Notes under the pieces: generated by a model
What the model was told of the DNA's origin: nothing
Databases searched by the model: none
Seen by the model: only the letters and a program-made list of their open reading frames with translations
Shown: positions 29,706 to 39,964 of the stretch, in pieces
How the letters are laid out: each line of letters starts with the position of its first letter
Numbering within the stretch: position 1 is the stretch's first letter
Program-made: the position numbers and the translations under genes
Assembly: GCA_963799055.1 (NCBI GenBank)
Contig: CAWCVP010000013.1
Span: 7,866-71,865, forward strand
Reading direction: 5' to 3'
Source of the DNA: an uncultured Candidatus Rokubacteria bacterium
GTDB lineage: Bacteria; Methylomirabilota; Methylomirabilia; Rokubacteriales; DASRDR01
DNA: 64,000 nt

Positions 29706-30473
29706 TTACCGGGTTGTGGCGGTGAGGCCGGCGTCGATGACGAGGACGTGGCCGGTCACCCAGCGGGATTCGTCGCTCGCCAGGTAGACGGCGCCCCAGC
29801 CCACGTCCCACCCCGTCCCTTCGGTGCCGAGGGGGCTCGCCTTCCGGCGGCGCTCGCGGGCCTCGGGACCGAGGCCCTCGACCATGGGCGTCCAGACGGT
29901 GCCGGGCGCGATCGCGTTGATGCGGACCCCCTGAGGGCCGAGCTGGACCGCCACCGACCGGACGAAGCCCTCGATGCCGGCCTTCGCCGCCGCGTAGGCC
30001 GTGCGGCCGTGTCCCCGGTGCCCGGCGATCGACGACACGCAGACGACCGAGCCGCCGCCGCGCCGGACCATCGCGGGGACGGCCGCCTGCGTCGCGAGGA
30101 ACACCGACTTGAGATCGACCGCGAGGACCTCGTCCCACTCCTCCTCGGTCGTCTCGAGGAGGTCCTTGCGGGACTCGATGCCGACGTTGTTGTGGAGGAC
30201 GTCGAGGCCGCCCCAGCGGGCGACCGCCGCGTCGACCATGGCGCGGCAGTCGTCGCCCCGCGTGACGTCAGCCTCCAGCGCCGCCGCCTCGCCGCCCTCC
30301 GCCCGGATCAGGGCGACGGTCTCCTCGGCCCGCGGGAGCGCCCGGTCGACGCAGAGGACGCGCGCGCCCTCGCGCGCGAAGAGGATCGCGGCCGCCTTGC
30401 CGTTGCCGAGCCCGGGACCGCGCGAGCCCGCGCCGGTCACGATCGCCACCTTCCCGCGGAGCCGGTCGCCCAT
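29706..30473 (-). CDS. SDR-family oxidoreductase
   Basis: GKVAIVTGAGSRGPGLG, HNNVG, S...YAAAKAG. Intact, 255 aa. Confidence 0.85.
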   Translation of the reverse strand: MGDRLRGKVAIVTGAGSRGPGLGNGKAAAILFAREGARVLCVDRALPRAEETVALIRAEGGEAAALEADVTRGDDCRAMVDAAVARWGGLDVLHNNVGIESRKDLLETTEEEWDEVLAVDLKSVFLATQAAVPAMVRRGGGSVVCVSSIAGHRGHGRTAYAAAKAGIEGFVRSVAVQLGPQGVRINAIAPGTVWTPMVEGLGPEARERRRKASPLGTEGTGWDVGWGAVYLASDESRWVTGHVLVIDAGLTATTR

Positions 30474-30669
30474 GGTCCGCCGAGCCTAGCCCGGCCTCCG
30501 CGGGACCGTCAAGGACACGACCGCGGCGGCAGCCGAGGTCGAGTGGACGGGGCTGAGCGGAGGACTCCGACTGCACGTCGGCAGGGCGCTCGGATCCGTC
30601 GCCGCTGTCGGAGCTCACGACCGGCAGCGCCTCCCGGGACCCACGGCACCGAGCCGAGAAGGAGCGTCC

Positions 30670-30762
30670 ATGATCGACTGGATGACTCTGCTGCTCCCGC
30701 TGGCCGTGCTGGCCATCGTCGCGCTCTTTCCCTTCGTGGGCTGCGGCGAGCTCTCCCTCTGA
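30670..30762 (+). CDS. candidate 30-aa hydrophobic mini-protein
   Basis: GAAGGAG 6 nt before the ATG. MIDWMTLLLPLAVLAIVALFPFVGCGELSL then TGA. Below the ORF-track length cut-off. No homology evidence. Confidence 0.3.
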   Translation: MIDWMTLLLPLAVLAIVALFPFVGCGELSL

Positions 30763-30859
30763 GAACCCCCTGCCCAACCTCCCCCTCCGGCCCCGGAGCC
30801 CGAACCCGGAGTTGATCCCCCCGCGGGGGCCAGGGTCTCAGGCTTCGAAGCGGACGGAG

Positions 30860-32243
30860 CTACGCGGGGACGACCGCCTTGATCGACGCGCGCACGATCT
30901 CCAGCACGCGGTCGATCTGCTGCTCGGTGATGACCAGCGGCGGCGAGAAGAAGATCTGCTCGGCGACGGTGCCGTCCGGCACCGGGTAGCTCCGGATGCG
31001 CGTCGCGAGCCCGCGCTTCTCCATGTCCCGGCGGACCCGGAGGCCCACCTTCTGATCGGCCGGGAACCCGGCCTTGGTCGTCCGGTCGGCGACGAGCTCG
31101 ACGGCGGCGATGAGCCCCTTGCCCCCCCGCACGTCGCCGATGGCCGGCAGCTCCTTCTGGAGCCCGAGGAGCCCCTGGTAGAGGCGCGTCCCGAGCTTGG
31201 CCGAGCGCTCCCAGAGCCGCTCGCGCTCCATGATCCCGATGTTCGCCAGCCCGACCGCGCAGCACATCGGGTGCCCCGAGTAGGTGGCGGCGTGCATCCA
31301 CCGGTCCTCGGGCTTGACCGTGTTCATGGTCTCGAAGATGTCGCGCGAGACCACGATGCCCCCGAGCGGGGCGTAGCCCGACGTCACCGCCTTGGCGAAC
31401 GACTGGATGTCCGGCTGGACGTTCCAGTGCGTCAGCGCGAACCACTGGCCCGTCCGGCAGAACCCGGTGATGACCTCGTCGGCGATGAACAGCACGTCGT
31501 GCTTCGTGCAGATCTCGCGGATGCGCGGGAAGTAGTCGTCCGGGGGAACGATCACGCCGCCCCCACCGATGATCGGCTCGGCGATGAACGCCGCCACGGT
31601 GTCGGCGCCTTCCCGCAGGATCGCCTCCTCCAGCTCGCGGGCCGCCGCGTGCCCCACCGTCTCCCCCGGCCGGGCGCCCTGGAAGCGATAGGGATACGGT
31701 GCCTGGATGTGGTAGAAGCCGGGCACGCGCGGCTCGAACATCTTCCAGAACTGCGCCATGCCGGTGGCGCTCATCGCCTGGAGCGTGACGCCGTGGTACG
31801 CGTTCTGCCGCGCGATGACCTTGACCTTGTTCGGCTTGCCCTTGGCCTTCCAGTAGAAGCGCGCGGTCTTGAACGCGGACTCGTTGGCCTCGGCGCCAGC
31901 GGTGGTGAAGTAGACAGCGGCCATGTTGGGATAGGAGAGGCTCACGATCTTGGAGGCGAGCTCGACGGCCGGGACGTTCGAGTATGCCGACGTAGTTCGA
32001 GTAGTAGGCGAGCTTCTTCATCTGCTCGAACGCCGCCCGCGCCAGCTCCTCCCGGCCGTGGCCCACGCTGACGTTCCAGAGGCCGGCCAGCCCGTCGATG
32101 TACTCGTTGCCGTGGACGTCCTTGATGACCGCGCCGTGCCCTTCCACGATCACGAGCGGCTCGGCCGCCTCGGACGAGTGATGCTGCGGGTGGATGAGGT
32201 GGGCCTGGTCGTTCTTGATGAGATCGGCTGCCGCTATCGTCAT
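30860..32243 (-). CDS. class III (omega-type) PLP aminotransferase; apparent frameshift near 31965
   Basis: GGAGG then ATG at 32243. DLIKNDQAHLIHPQ...GLAGLWNVSVGHGR in one frame. SNVPAVELASKIV...AYHG...FIADEVITGF.RTG...FAKAVTSGYAPLG (PLP Lys) in ORF 30860..31945. Confidence 0.85.
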
Positions 32244-32258
32244 CGGGAGTCCTCCAAG

Positions 32259-32714
32259 CTAGGGGTTGCCGCGCGCGCCCGCGAGGTGGGCGCGCCAGTC
32301 GCCGGACTCGACACGAGGCCCGCGGCCGGCCGCGGGCCCGAATCGCTCGTTGTACGCGTACACCCAGGCGTCCCGCGTCGGCCCGCCCGCGGTCTCCACC
32401 GGCACCGTGCGCCGCACGTAGAGGCTCCGCGTCTCGTCAGCCGGATCGCACCACTCGGCCTCATCGAGCTCCGGGAGGCGCGCCGCCAGATCGGGGACGC
32501 GGTAGAGCTCCCCGGTGACCCAGCCCCGGTCGTCCAGGACCACGCCGGGATAGTCCCCGAAGTGATAGAGGGAGCCGCGGATCCGTCCGCCCCCCTCGAG
32601 GACCGCCGCGCCGAGGAGCGGGCGGCGCGAGAAGCCGGTCATCAGCGTGCCATAGGCGAAGAGCCGATCCGGGCCCGGAGCGGGAGCGGGATCGGCCGCC
32701 ATCACGGCGGTCAT
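32259..32714 (-). CDS. gamma-glutamylcyclotransferase / AIG2-like protein
   Basis: LFAYGTLM...GSLYHFGDYPGVV...GELY pattern. Intact. 16 nt upstream of the aminotransferase start, in the same orientation. Confidence 0.7.
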   Translation of the reverse strand: MTAVMAADPAPAPGPDRLFAYGTLMTGFSRRPLLGAAVLEGGGRIRGSLYHFGDYPGVVLDDRGWVTGELYRVPDLAARLPELDEAEWCDPADETRSLYVRRTVPVETAGGPTRDAWVYAYNERFGPAAGRGPRVESGDWRAHLAGARGNP

Positions 32715-32845
32715 TGTAGCAGCGGGGTCACATCGCGTCGAGGCGAGGCGGCGGACGCGTCGACCGCGGGCGGTTGACGCCGCGCCCGCCAGTCGGTATT
32801 GACTACCAGACGCCGGGGCAACGGACCCCGCGCAAAGGAGGAGCC

Positions 32846-33254
32846 ATGACGATCCACGCTCGTCTCGCGCCAGCGCTCCTGGCCGGGATGCTGCTCACCG
32901 CCGCATCCCTCGCGGGGGCCCAGCCGGCCGGCGAGGGCACCAAGTTCTACCGGGAATACCGGGCGGCCTTCGCGAAGGCCAAGGCCATCGAGGACGTCCT
33001 GCCGTACCTCTCGAAGGAGCGGGCCGAGATGGTGCAGCAGACGCCGAAGGACGACCGCGTCAAGATGTTCGGCATCATGAAGGCGATGGACGTCAAGGAC
33101 GTGAAGGTGCTGAAGGAGTCGAAGACCGAGACCGGCTACGTGCTGGAGGCGACCGGCAAGGGCGGCATGGGTCCCGGGGAATCGAAGGGCATCGATCAAC
33201 ATCGTGCGCGAGGGCGGGAAGCTCAAGCTCGACCGGGAGAGCTGGAAGCAGTAG
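32846..33254 (+). CDS. secreted hypothetical protein; apparent frameshift near 33195
   Basis: AAAGGAGGAG then ATG. Signal peptide MTIHARLAPALLAGMLLTAASLAGA. The C-terminal INIVREGGKLKLDRESWKQ then TAG is recovered in the adjacent frame. Confidence 0.5.
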
Positions 33255-33280
33255 GGCCCGCGCGCCCGCGCCGTCCCCGA

Positions 33281-35293
33281 TCATCCGGCGCCCGGGGCCG
33301 GAGGCGCGGGGGCGGCGTGGTCGTCGTGCTCGTCGGCGAACTCGATGGCGATCCGGCGCCACTCCTCGCGCACGTCGAGGAAGGCGTCGACCATGTCGGG
33401 GTCGAACTGGGTCCCCCGCCCCGCGACGATCGACTGGACGACCTCGTCGTGCGGGAGCGCGCCCTTGTAGACCCGCGGGCTCGCCAGCGCGTCGTAGACG
33501 TCGACCAGCGAGACCAGCCGGCCCGCGATCGGGATCTGCTCCCCCCGGAGCCCTTCCGGATAACCGCTGCCGTCCCACCGCTCGTGGTGCGAGTACACGA
33601 TCTCCTTCGCCAGCCGGAGCAGGAAGTCGTCCCGGACGCCGACCCGCTCCTCCGCCCGCGCGATGACGTCCCGCCCGTACACGGGATGCCGTGACATCTC
33701 CGCGCGCTCGTCGTCCGACAGGGGGCCCGGCTTCCGGAGCGTCCGGTCCGCGACGCCGACCTTGCCGATGTCGTGGATCGGCGCCAGCCGCGCCACGAGG
33801 TCGATCGTCTCCGGGGTGAAGAAGTCCCGGAACTTGGGGCGGGACGACAGCGCCTCGCCGAGGACCTGCGCGTAGCGGCTCGTCCGGATGAGGTGCGCCC
33901 CGGTCTCGAAGTCGCGCGTCTCGGTGAGCGAGGTCAGGGCGTGGAGCATCATCTCGCGCGCGGTCCGGAGCTGGCGGGTGCTCTGGTCGGCCCGCCGGCG
34001 CTCCGCGACGAGCCGGTGGAGGGCCGCGATGCCCAGCGCCCCGGCCAGGGCGAGCGTGGGGAAGAGGGGCGAGACGTAGAGGCCGCGGGTGGCCAGGAGC
34101 CACGCCGCGCCGAGCCAGAGGAAGGCCCCGCCGAGCAGGGCCAGGGGCAGGTTCCAGGCCCAGCCGAGCGCCGCCACGCCGAGCGCGACCGCGAGCGCGG
34201 CGACCAGCACGAGCCCGAGCTCCGCGGCGGCGGCGCCCGCGGGGCGGCGGAGGAAGTCCCCGCGGAGGAGGTTGTCGGCGAGGGTCGCGTGGACCTCGAT
34301 TCCCGTCAGGAATGCGCCGAGCGGCGTCGCGACCAGGTCACCCAGGCCGAGCGCGGAGACGCCGACGAAGACGATGCGGCCCTCCAGCGCGCCGGGCGGG
34401 ACACCGCCCTCCAGCACGTCGACGGCCGAGAAGCGCGGGAAGGTGCCCGGGGGCCCGCGAAAGCGCACGAGCAGGCTCCCGTCGGACTCGAGCGGGAACG
34501 CCCTCTCGTCGAGCCGGAGCGTCGGGCGCCCTCCCGGCGGGTCGACCACCGCCAGCTGGCGAGCCGCCAGCGCGGTGCGGATCGTCGCGAGCGCGAGGCC
34601 CGGATAGAGGTCCCCCCGGAACTCGACGATCTGGGGCATGCGCCGGAGAATCCCGTCCGGATCGGGCGACGCGTTCAGAAAGCCGGACGACCGCGCGGCC
34701 TGGGCGAGGGGGACGAGGCTGCAGACGACCCCCGTGGCGCGGGGGACTCCCGGCGCGCCATCGGCCGGAGCCGCGCCCGGGCTGCGCGCCAGCCCGATGC
34801 GCACGAGATGGCAGGGACGGTCGACGGCCGGGCCGAACGTGAAGGCGAAGCCGATCACCGACGGGCTCTGCCGGAGCGCCTCGGCGAGGGCGGCATCCCG
34901 GACGGAGAGCGGGGCCGGGTCGCCGGGAGGGGGCGAGCCCGACGGCGCCGGGCCCGTCCCGTCGGGCTCCGCGAAGATCACGTCGAGCCCGATGGCGGCC
35001 ACGCCCATCACCCGGAGGCGATCGACGAGGCGGGCAATCCGGTCGCGGGACCACGGCCAGCGGCCGATCGCGGTCAGGCTCCGCTCGTCGATCTCGACGA
35101 GCGCCAAGCGATCCGACGGGGGACGCAGCGGCGCCGCGGTCAGGAGGCGGTCGTAGACGGCGAGCTCGATCCGGCCCAGGAGCCCCGGACGGTAGACGTG
35201 GAGCCCGGCGACGACGGCGGCCAGCGCGAGACACGCGGCGACGAGCCGGATGGGCGACAGCCCGCGGCCGGCCGCGGCCCCCAAGGTGGTCAT
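33281..35293 (-). CDS. CHASE2 sensor domain / HD-GYP c-di-GMP phosphodiesterase
   Basis: N-terminal TM, then the CHASE2-like LALVEIDERSL...WPWSRD...GLDVIF. Three TM helices. C-terminal HD-GYP (HDIGKV, HHERWDGSGYP). 670 aa, intact. Confidence 0.85.
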   Translation of the reverse strand: MTTLGAAAGRGLSPIRLVAACLALAAVVAGLHVYRPGLLGRIELAVYDRLLTAAPLRPPSDRLALVEIDERSLTAIGRWPWSRDRIARLVDRLRVMGVAAIGLDVIFAEPDGTGPAPSGSPPPGDPAPLSVRDAALAEALRQSPSVIGFAFTFGPAVDRPCHLVRIGLARSPGAAPADGAPGVPRATGVVCSLVPLAQAARSSGFLNASPDPDGILRRMPQIVEFRGDLYPGLALATIRTALAARQLAVVDPPGGRPTLRLDERAFPLESDGSLLVRFRGPPGTFPRFSAVDVLEGGVPPGALEGRIVFVGVSALGLGDLVATPLGAFLTGIEVHATLADNLLRGDFLRRPAGAAAAELGLVLVAALAVALGVAALGWAWNLPLALLGGAFLWLGAAWLLATRGLYVSPLFPTLALAGALGIAALHRLVAERRRADQSTRQLRTAREMMLHALTSLTETRDFETGAHLIRTSRYAQVLGEALSSRPKFRDFFTPETIDLVARLAPIHDIGKVGVADRTLRKPGPLSDDERAEMSRHPVYGRDVIARAEERVGVRDDFLLRLAKEIVYSHHERWDGSGYPEGLRGEQIPIAGRLVSLVDVYDALASPRVYKGALPHDEVVQSIVAGRGTQFDPDMVDAFLDVREEWRRIAIEFADEHDDHAAPAPPAPGAG

Positions 35294-35367
35294 CGGGAGC
35301 CATCGTACCCCACCGGGGCCGATGATTGACCCGAAGGCGGCCGTCGCGGTACCGTGAGCTTGTCTCC

Positions 35368-37122
35368 ATGCTCGGAAACGAGGCCGTCCGACGCTGGGTA
35401 GACGACGCCGCGCGGCTCTGCCGCCCCGATGATGTCGTCTGGTGCGACGGCTCCGAGGGCGAGCGCGAGCGGCTCACCGAGGCGGCCGTCCGCCAGGGGG
35501 AGCTCATTCCCCTCGACCAGCGGAAGCTGCCGGGCTGCTACCTCCACCGGAGCGCCCCCAACGACGTCGCGCGGACCGAGCACCTCACCTTCATCTGCTC
35601 GCCCGACCAGGAAGACGCCGGCCCCACCAACAACTGGATGGCGCCGGCCGAGGGCTACGACCGGCTCGGCAAGCTCCTCGATGCCTCCATGGCCGGCCGC
35701 ACCATGTACGTCATCCCGTTCCTCATGGGCCCGCCCGGCTCGCCCTTCAGCCGGGTGGGCGTCCAGGTGACCGACAGCCGGTACGTCGTCCTCAACATGC
35801 GGATCATGACGCGCATGGGGCAGGTCGCCCTCGACCACCTGGGCGACTCGGACGACTTCACGCGCGGCCTCCACTCGACGGCGGATCTCGACGTGGAGCG
35901 CCGGTTCATCTGCCACTTCCCGGAGGACCGCACGATCTGGAGCGTGGGCTCCGGCTACGGCGGGAACGCCCTCCTCTCGAAGAAGTGCATGTCGCTCCGG
36001 ATCGCGGGGGCCATCGGGCGGCGCGAGGGGTGGCTCGCCGAGCACATGCTCATCGTCGGCATCGAGAGTCCCGACGGCGAGATCACGTACGTCTGCGGGG
36101 CCTTCCCGAGCGCGTGCGGCAAGACGAACCTCGCGATGCTCACCCCGCCGCCGTCCATGAAGGGCTGGCGCATCCACACCGTCGGCGAGGACATCGCGTG
36201 GCTCCGGCCCGGCCCGGACGGGCGCCTCTGGGCCGTCAATCCCGAGAACGGCTTCTTCGGGGTGGTGCCCGGGACCAACTCCCACACGAACCGGAACGCC
36301 ACCGAGACCATCCGGCGGGACACGATCTACACGAACGTCGCCTTGCGGCCCGACGGCACGGTGTGGTGGGAAGGCCACGACGACCCGCCGCCCGCGTCCG
36401 CCACCGACTGGCGCGGCCGACCCTGGACGCCGAAGAGCGGCGAGCCCGCGGCGCACGCGAACAGCCGCTTCACGGTGCCGGCCTCGCAGTGTCCGACGCT
36501 CTCGCCGGCGTTCCAGTCCCCCGAGGGCGTCCCGATCAGCGCCATCCTCTTCGGCGCCCGGCGGCGCGCGCTCATCCCCCTCGTGTTCCAGGCCTTCAAC
36601 TGGCAGCACGGCACGTTCCTGGGCGCGACGCTCGCCTCCGAGACCACGGCGGCGGCCACCGGCGCCGTCGGCGTCGTGCGGCGCGACCCGATGGCCATGC
36701 TCCCGTTCTGCGGCTACAACATGGCCGACTACTGGGGGCACTGGCTCGAGGTGGGGAAGCAGCTCACCCAGCCTCCGAAGATCTTCCGCATCAACTGGTT
36801 CCGCCGGGACGCGGGAGGGCAGTTCCTCTGGCCGGGCTTCGGCGAGAACCTGCGGGTCCTCCAGTGGATCGTGGAGCGGTGCCGGGACAGCGGCCACGCC
36901 GAGGAGACGGCCATCGGCTACCGGCCCGCCCCGGGCGCCATCGACACCGCCGGCCTCTCCATGGCGCCGGACGCCATGTCGGAGCTGCTCCACGTCGATC
37001 GGGAGGGCTGGCAGCAGAACCACCGGAGCCAGGCGGAGTTCTTCCAGAAGTTCGGCGACAAGCTCCCGCGCGGGATCCGCGCGGAGTGGGAGGCGCTCGG
37101 CAGCCGCCTCCGCGCCCGCTGA
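35368..37122 (+). CDS. pckG: phosphoenolpyruvate carboxykinase (GTP)
   Basis: WVDDAARLCRPDDVVWCDGS, GPTNNWM, YVIPFLMGP, GSGYGGNALLSKKC, FPSACGKTNLAM, NPENGFFGV, INWFR. Intact. Confidence 0.95.
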   Translation: MLGNEAVRRWVDDAARLCRPDDVVWCDGSEGERERLTEAAVRQGELIPLDQRKLPGCYLHRSAPNDVARTEHLTFICSPDQEDAGPTNNWMAPAEGYDRLGKLLDASMAGRTMYVIPFLMGPPGSPFSRVGVQVTDSRYVVLNMRIMTRMGQVALDHLGDSDDFTRGLHSTADLDVERRFICHFPEDRTIWSVGSGYGGNALLSKKCMSLRIAGAIGRREGWLAEHMLIVGIESPDGEITYVCGAFPSACGKTNLAMLTPPPSMKGWRIHTVGEDIAWLRPGPDGRLWAVNPENGFFGVVPGTNSHTNRNATETIRRDTIYTNVALRPDGTVWWEGHDDPPPASATDWRGRPWTPKSGEPAAHANSRFTVPASQCPTLSPAFQSPEGVPISAILFGARRRALIPLVFQAFNWQHGTFLGATLASETTAAATGAVGVVRRDPMAMLPFCGYNMADYWGHWLEVGKQLTQPPKIFRINWFRRDAGGQFLWPGFGENLRVLQWIVERCRDSGHAEETAIGYRPAPGAIDTAGLSMAPDAMSELLHVDREGWQQNHRSQAEFFQKFGDKLPRGIRAEWEALGSRLRAR

Positions 37123-37135
37123 CGCCGGCGGGCCC

Positions 37136-37978
37136 TCACTCCAGTCGGTAGCGCTTCTCCCGGACGAAGGCGCCGAAGTCCGCGCGCTGCGGCTCGCTGT
37201 ACTGCCGCGCCTTGTCCTCGGTCCAGCCGTAGCGCTCGGCGGTGCCGAAGCGCTCGGCCAGGCGCTGCCGGCGGTACGGGCGCTCGCGGATCCGCCGCTC
37301 GTCGTAGCGGTCCAGCTCCCGGTCGACCCCGGCGGCGTCGTAGCGGCCGGCGTGCACGGTCGCGTCGAGCGCGAGGCGCGGGCTCGGCGGCTCGTTCGCC
37401 TCGGGCCAGCCGAGCGTCAAGCCGGCGATCGGGAACACCCAGTCGGGCAGCGCGAGCCGTTCGGCGACCGCCGCCGCGTGGTTCCGGATCTCGCTGATGG
37501 GGCAGGTCCCGAGGCCGGCGAGCCCGGCCGCCTGGACGAACGTCGAGAGCACGATCGCGCCGTCGACCGTCGCGTTGAAGAACGCGTCGAGGTGCTCGTT
37601 CGGGAACGCGCGCCCGCGCCGCGCGAACAGCCGGCGCAGGCGGAAGCCGTCGCCGCAGAAGACCAGGAACTCCGGCGCGCCGGCGATCCACGGCGAGCCG
37701 GGGAAGAGCGCGTCGATCGCCGCCCGGTCCCGGCCCGGCTCGACCCGGACCACGCTCGCCTGCTGGAGGTCGCTCTTGGTGGGCGACGCGAGCGCCGTCG
37801 CGCAGAGGAGCCGCAAGAGCGCCGCCGGGACGGGCTCGGCGCGATAGCGCCGGCAGACCGACCGCTCGTTCATGACGGCCAGGGCGTCCGCCTCCGGCAG
37901 CTCCGTGGGGACGTCCACGGTCTCGCCGTAGCGACGGTGGATGGCGGCGGCGATGCGAGTCGACGCGGAAGTGCTCAT
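37136..37978 (-). CDS. nitroreductase-family protein
   Basis: ERSVCRRYRAEPVP...ASPTKSDLQQ...GLGTCPISEIRN pattern. Intact. ATG 37978 preferred over the upstream in-frame start at 38014. Confidence 0.7.
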   Translation of the reverse strand: MSTSASTRIAAAIHRRYGETVDVPTELPEADALAVMNERSVCRRYRAEPVPAALLRLLCATALASPTKSDLQQASVVRVEPGRDRAAIDALFPGSPWIAGAPEFLVFCGDGFRLRRLFARRGRAFPNEHLDAFFNATVDGAIVLSTFVQAAGLAGLGTCPISEIRNHAAAVAERLALPDWVFPIAGLTLGWPEANEPPSPRLALDATVHAGRYDAAGVDRELDRYDERRIRERPYRRQRLAERFGTAERYGWTEDKARQYSEPQRADFGAFVREKRYRLE

Positions 37979-38013
37979 CGCGGGACTATAGCGCGCGCAC
38001 CGGCCGTGGGACA

Positions 38014-38860
38014 ATGCGCCCGATGGCTTCGAGCGCTCGGCCGGTGACGCCCGACTTCCTCTACGGCACCGCCTGGAAGGAAGACCGGACCGCGGCCCTC
38101 ACCGAGCTCGCCCTCCGGATGGGCTTCCGGGGCATCGACACCGCGAACCAGCGGCGCCACTACTTCGAGGCCGCCGTCGGCGAGGGGCTCGCCGCCGCGT
38201 ACCGCGCGGGCGTGGTGACGCGCGCCGACCTCTTCCTCCAGACGAAGTTCACCTACCGGGACGGCCAGGACCACCGGCTCCCCTACGACCCCGGGGCCGA
38301 TCTGGCCACGCAGGTGGCCCAGTCCCTGGCGAGCTCGCTCGAGCATCTCGGCACCGACCACGTCGACAGCTTCGTGCTCCACGGCCCCGCCGACGGTCAC
38401 GGCTGGAGCGAGGACGACCGGGAAGTCTGGGCCGCGATGGTGAGGGAGCGCGACGCCGGCCGCACCCGCGTCCTGGGCGTGAGCAACGTCTCGCTGCGGC
38501 ACCTCCGGCAGATGGTCGCGGAGGGGGCCGAGCGCGCCGGCCTTCGTCCAGAACCGCTGCTTTGCCCGCCTCGGCTGGGACCGCGAGGTGCGCGCGCTCT
38601 GCCGGGATCTCGGGGTCGTCTACCAGGGCTTCTCGCTCCTCACGGCGAACCCGGGGGTGCTGCGCCATCCCCTGGTGGCGGGCATCGCCGCGCGAAGCGG
38701 GGCCACGCCGCCCCAGGTCGTGTTCCGCTTCGCGCAGGCGGTCGGGATGCTGCCGCTGACGGGCACCTCCGACCCCACGCACATGACGCAGGACCTGGCG
38801 AGCCGCAGCCTGGCGCTCTCCGACGAGGAGGTCCGCGCCATCGAGTCCCTGGCCGGCTGA
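38014..38860 (+). CDS. aldo/keto reductase; apparent frameshift near 38535
   Basis: FLYGTAWKEDRT...GFRGIDTANQRRHYFE...HVDSFVLHGP (frame 1) continues as FVQNRCFARLGWDREVRALCRDLGVVYQGFSLL... (ORF 38588..38860). Confidence 0.8.
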
Positions 38861-38993
38861 CGTCGACGGCGCGCCCACGCGCGTCCCCGCCTCTCTCTGG
38901 CCAGCCCGGTTCGCGTGGGCTATGCTGTCCCTGGACGCACGGGTGGTGCCGAGTGACGGTGCCGCGCCGCGTGAACCGCACGGGGGCTCCTTC

Positions 38994-39941
38994 ATGCGGA
39001 GAGTGCCGCTCTACAGCAGCGCGCGTCGTCCCGGGCCGGCCGCTGCCCCCGGCGTCCGCGCGCCCGACGATCCGCCTCCGCTCCCGGCGGGCTCCCCCGC
39101 GGCCACGTCGCCGGACCAGCCTGCTCGCCGGCGGTCCCCCTGGTCCTGGCGCGGATTCGGCCGGCGCCGCGGGCTCATCCTGACCGGCGCGGTCGGCCTG
39201 CTCGTCCTGATGGCCGTGACCCTCCAGGCGGTGCGGACCCCGCCGCCCCGGCGCATCACCCAGCAGGACATCGACGCCGCGGTGCTGCACACGCTGGCGA
39301 CCAAGTCCCTGCCCTCCCGCGCGGCCAAGGCGTACGCGGTCATCCGGCCTTCCGTCGTGGAGGTGCGGGGGTGGAAGGACGACGAGGGCGCGAAGAAGGG
39401 CACCGGGAACGACGTCGGCACCGGGGTCGTCATCGTCGACAAGGGCATCATCCTGACGAACCTCCACGTCGTGTCGGAGGCCAAGCGCGTGGAGGTCGTC
39501 TTCGCCGACGGGCTCACGTCCGAGGCGACGATCATCTCGGTCAAGCCGGAGCACGACCTGGCCGTGCTCCAGGCGAAGACGATCCCGGACGATCTCGTCC
39601 CGGCGACGCTGCGCTCGACCCGGGGCCTCGCGCCGGGCGACGAGGTCGTGGCCGTGGGCTTCCCCTTCGGCATCGGGCCGTCCGCGTCGTCGGGCGTGGT
39701 CTCCGGGCTCCGGCGCGAGTTTCACTCGCGGCGTGGCCAGCGGCTCCTGACGAACCTCATTCAGTTCGACGCCGCGGCGAATCCGGGCAACTCCGGCGGG
39801 CCCCTGGTGACGATGGACGGCGAGGTGATCGGCATCGTGACGGGCATTCTCAATCCCACCGACCAGCGGGTGTTCGTCGGCATCGGGTTCGCGGTGCCGA
39901 TCGAGAACGCGGCGTCGGCCGTCGGGCTGTCCCCCTTCTAG
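38994..39941 (+). CDS. membrane-anchored trypsin-like (S1C) serine protease without a PDZ domain
   Basis: Pro/Arg-rich cytoplasmic N-terminus, TM LILTGAVGLLVLMAVTL, and the catalytic His (ILTNLHVV), Asp (EHDLAVLQ) and Ser (NPGNSGGPLV). Alternative start at 38922. Ends 24 nt before moxR. Confidence 0.75.
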   Translation: MRRVPLYSSARRPGPAAAPGVRAPDDPPPLPAGSPAATSPDQPARRRSPWSWRGFGRRRGLILTGAVGLLVLMAVTLQAVRTPPPRRITQQDIDAAVLHTLATKSLPSRAAKAYAVIRPSVVEVRGWKDDEGAKKGTGNDVGTGVVIVDKGIILTNLHVVSEAKRVEVVFADGLTSEATIISVKPEHDLAVLQAKTIPDDLVPATLRSTRGLAPGDEVVAVGFPFGIGPSASSGVVSGLRREFHSRRGQRLLTNLIQFDAAANPGNSGGPLVTMDGEVIGIVTGILNPTDQRVFVGIGFAVPIENAASAVGLSPF

Positions 39942-39964
39942 CGGGGCGGGAGGAAACGGGACCG

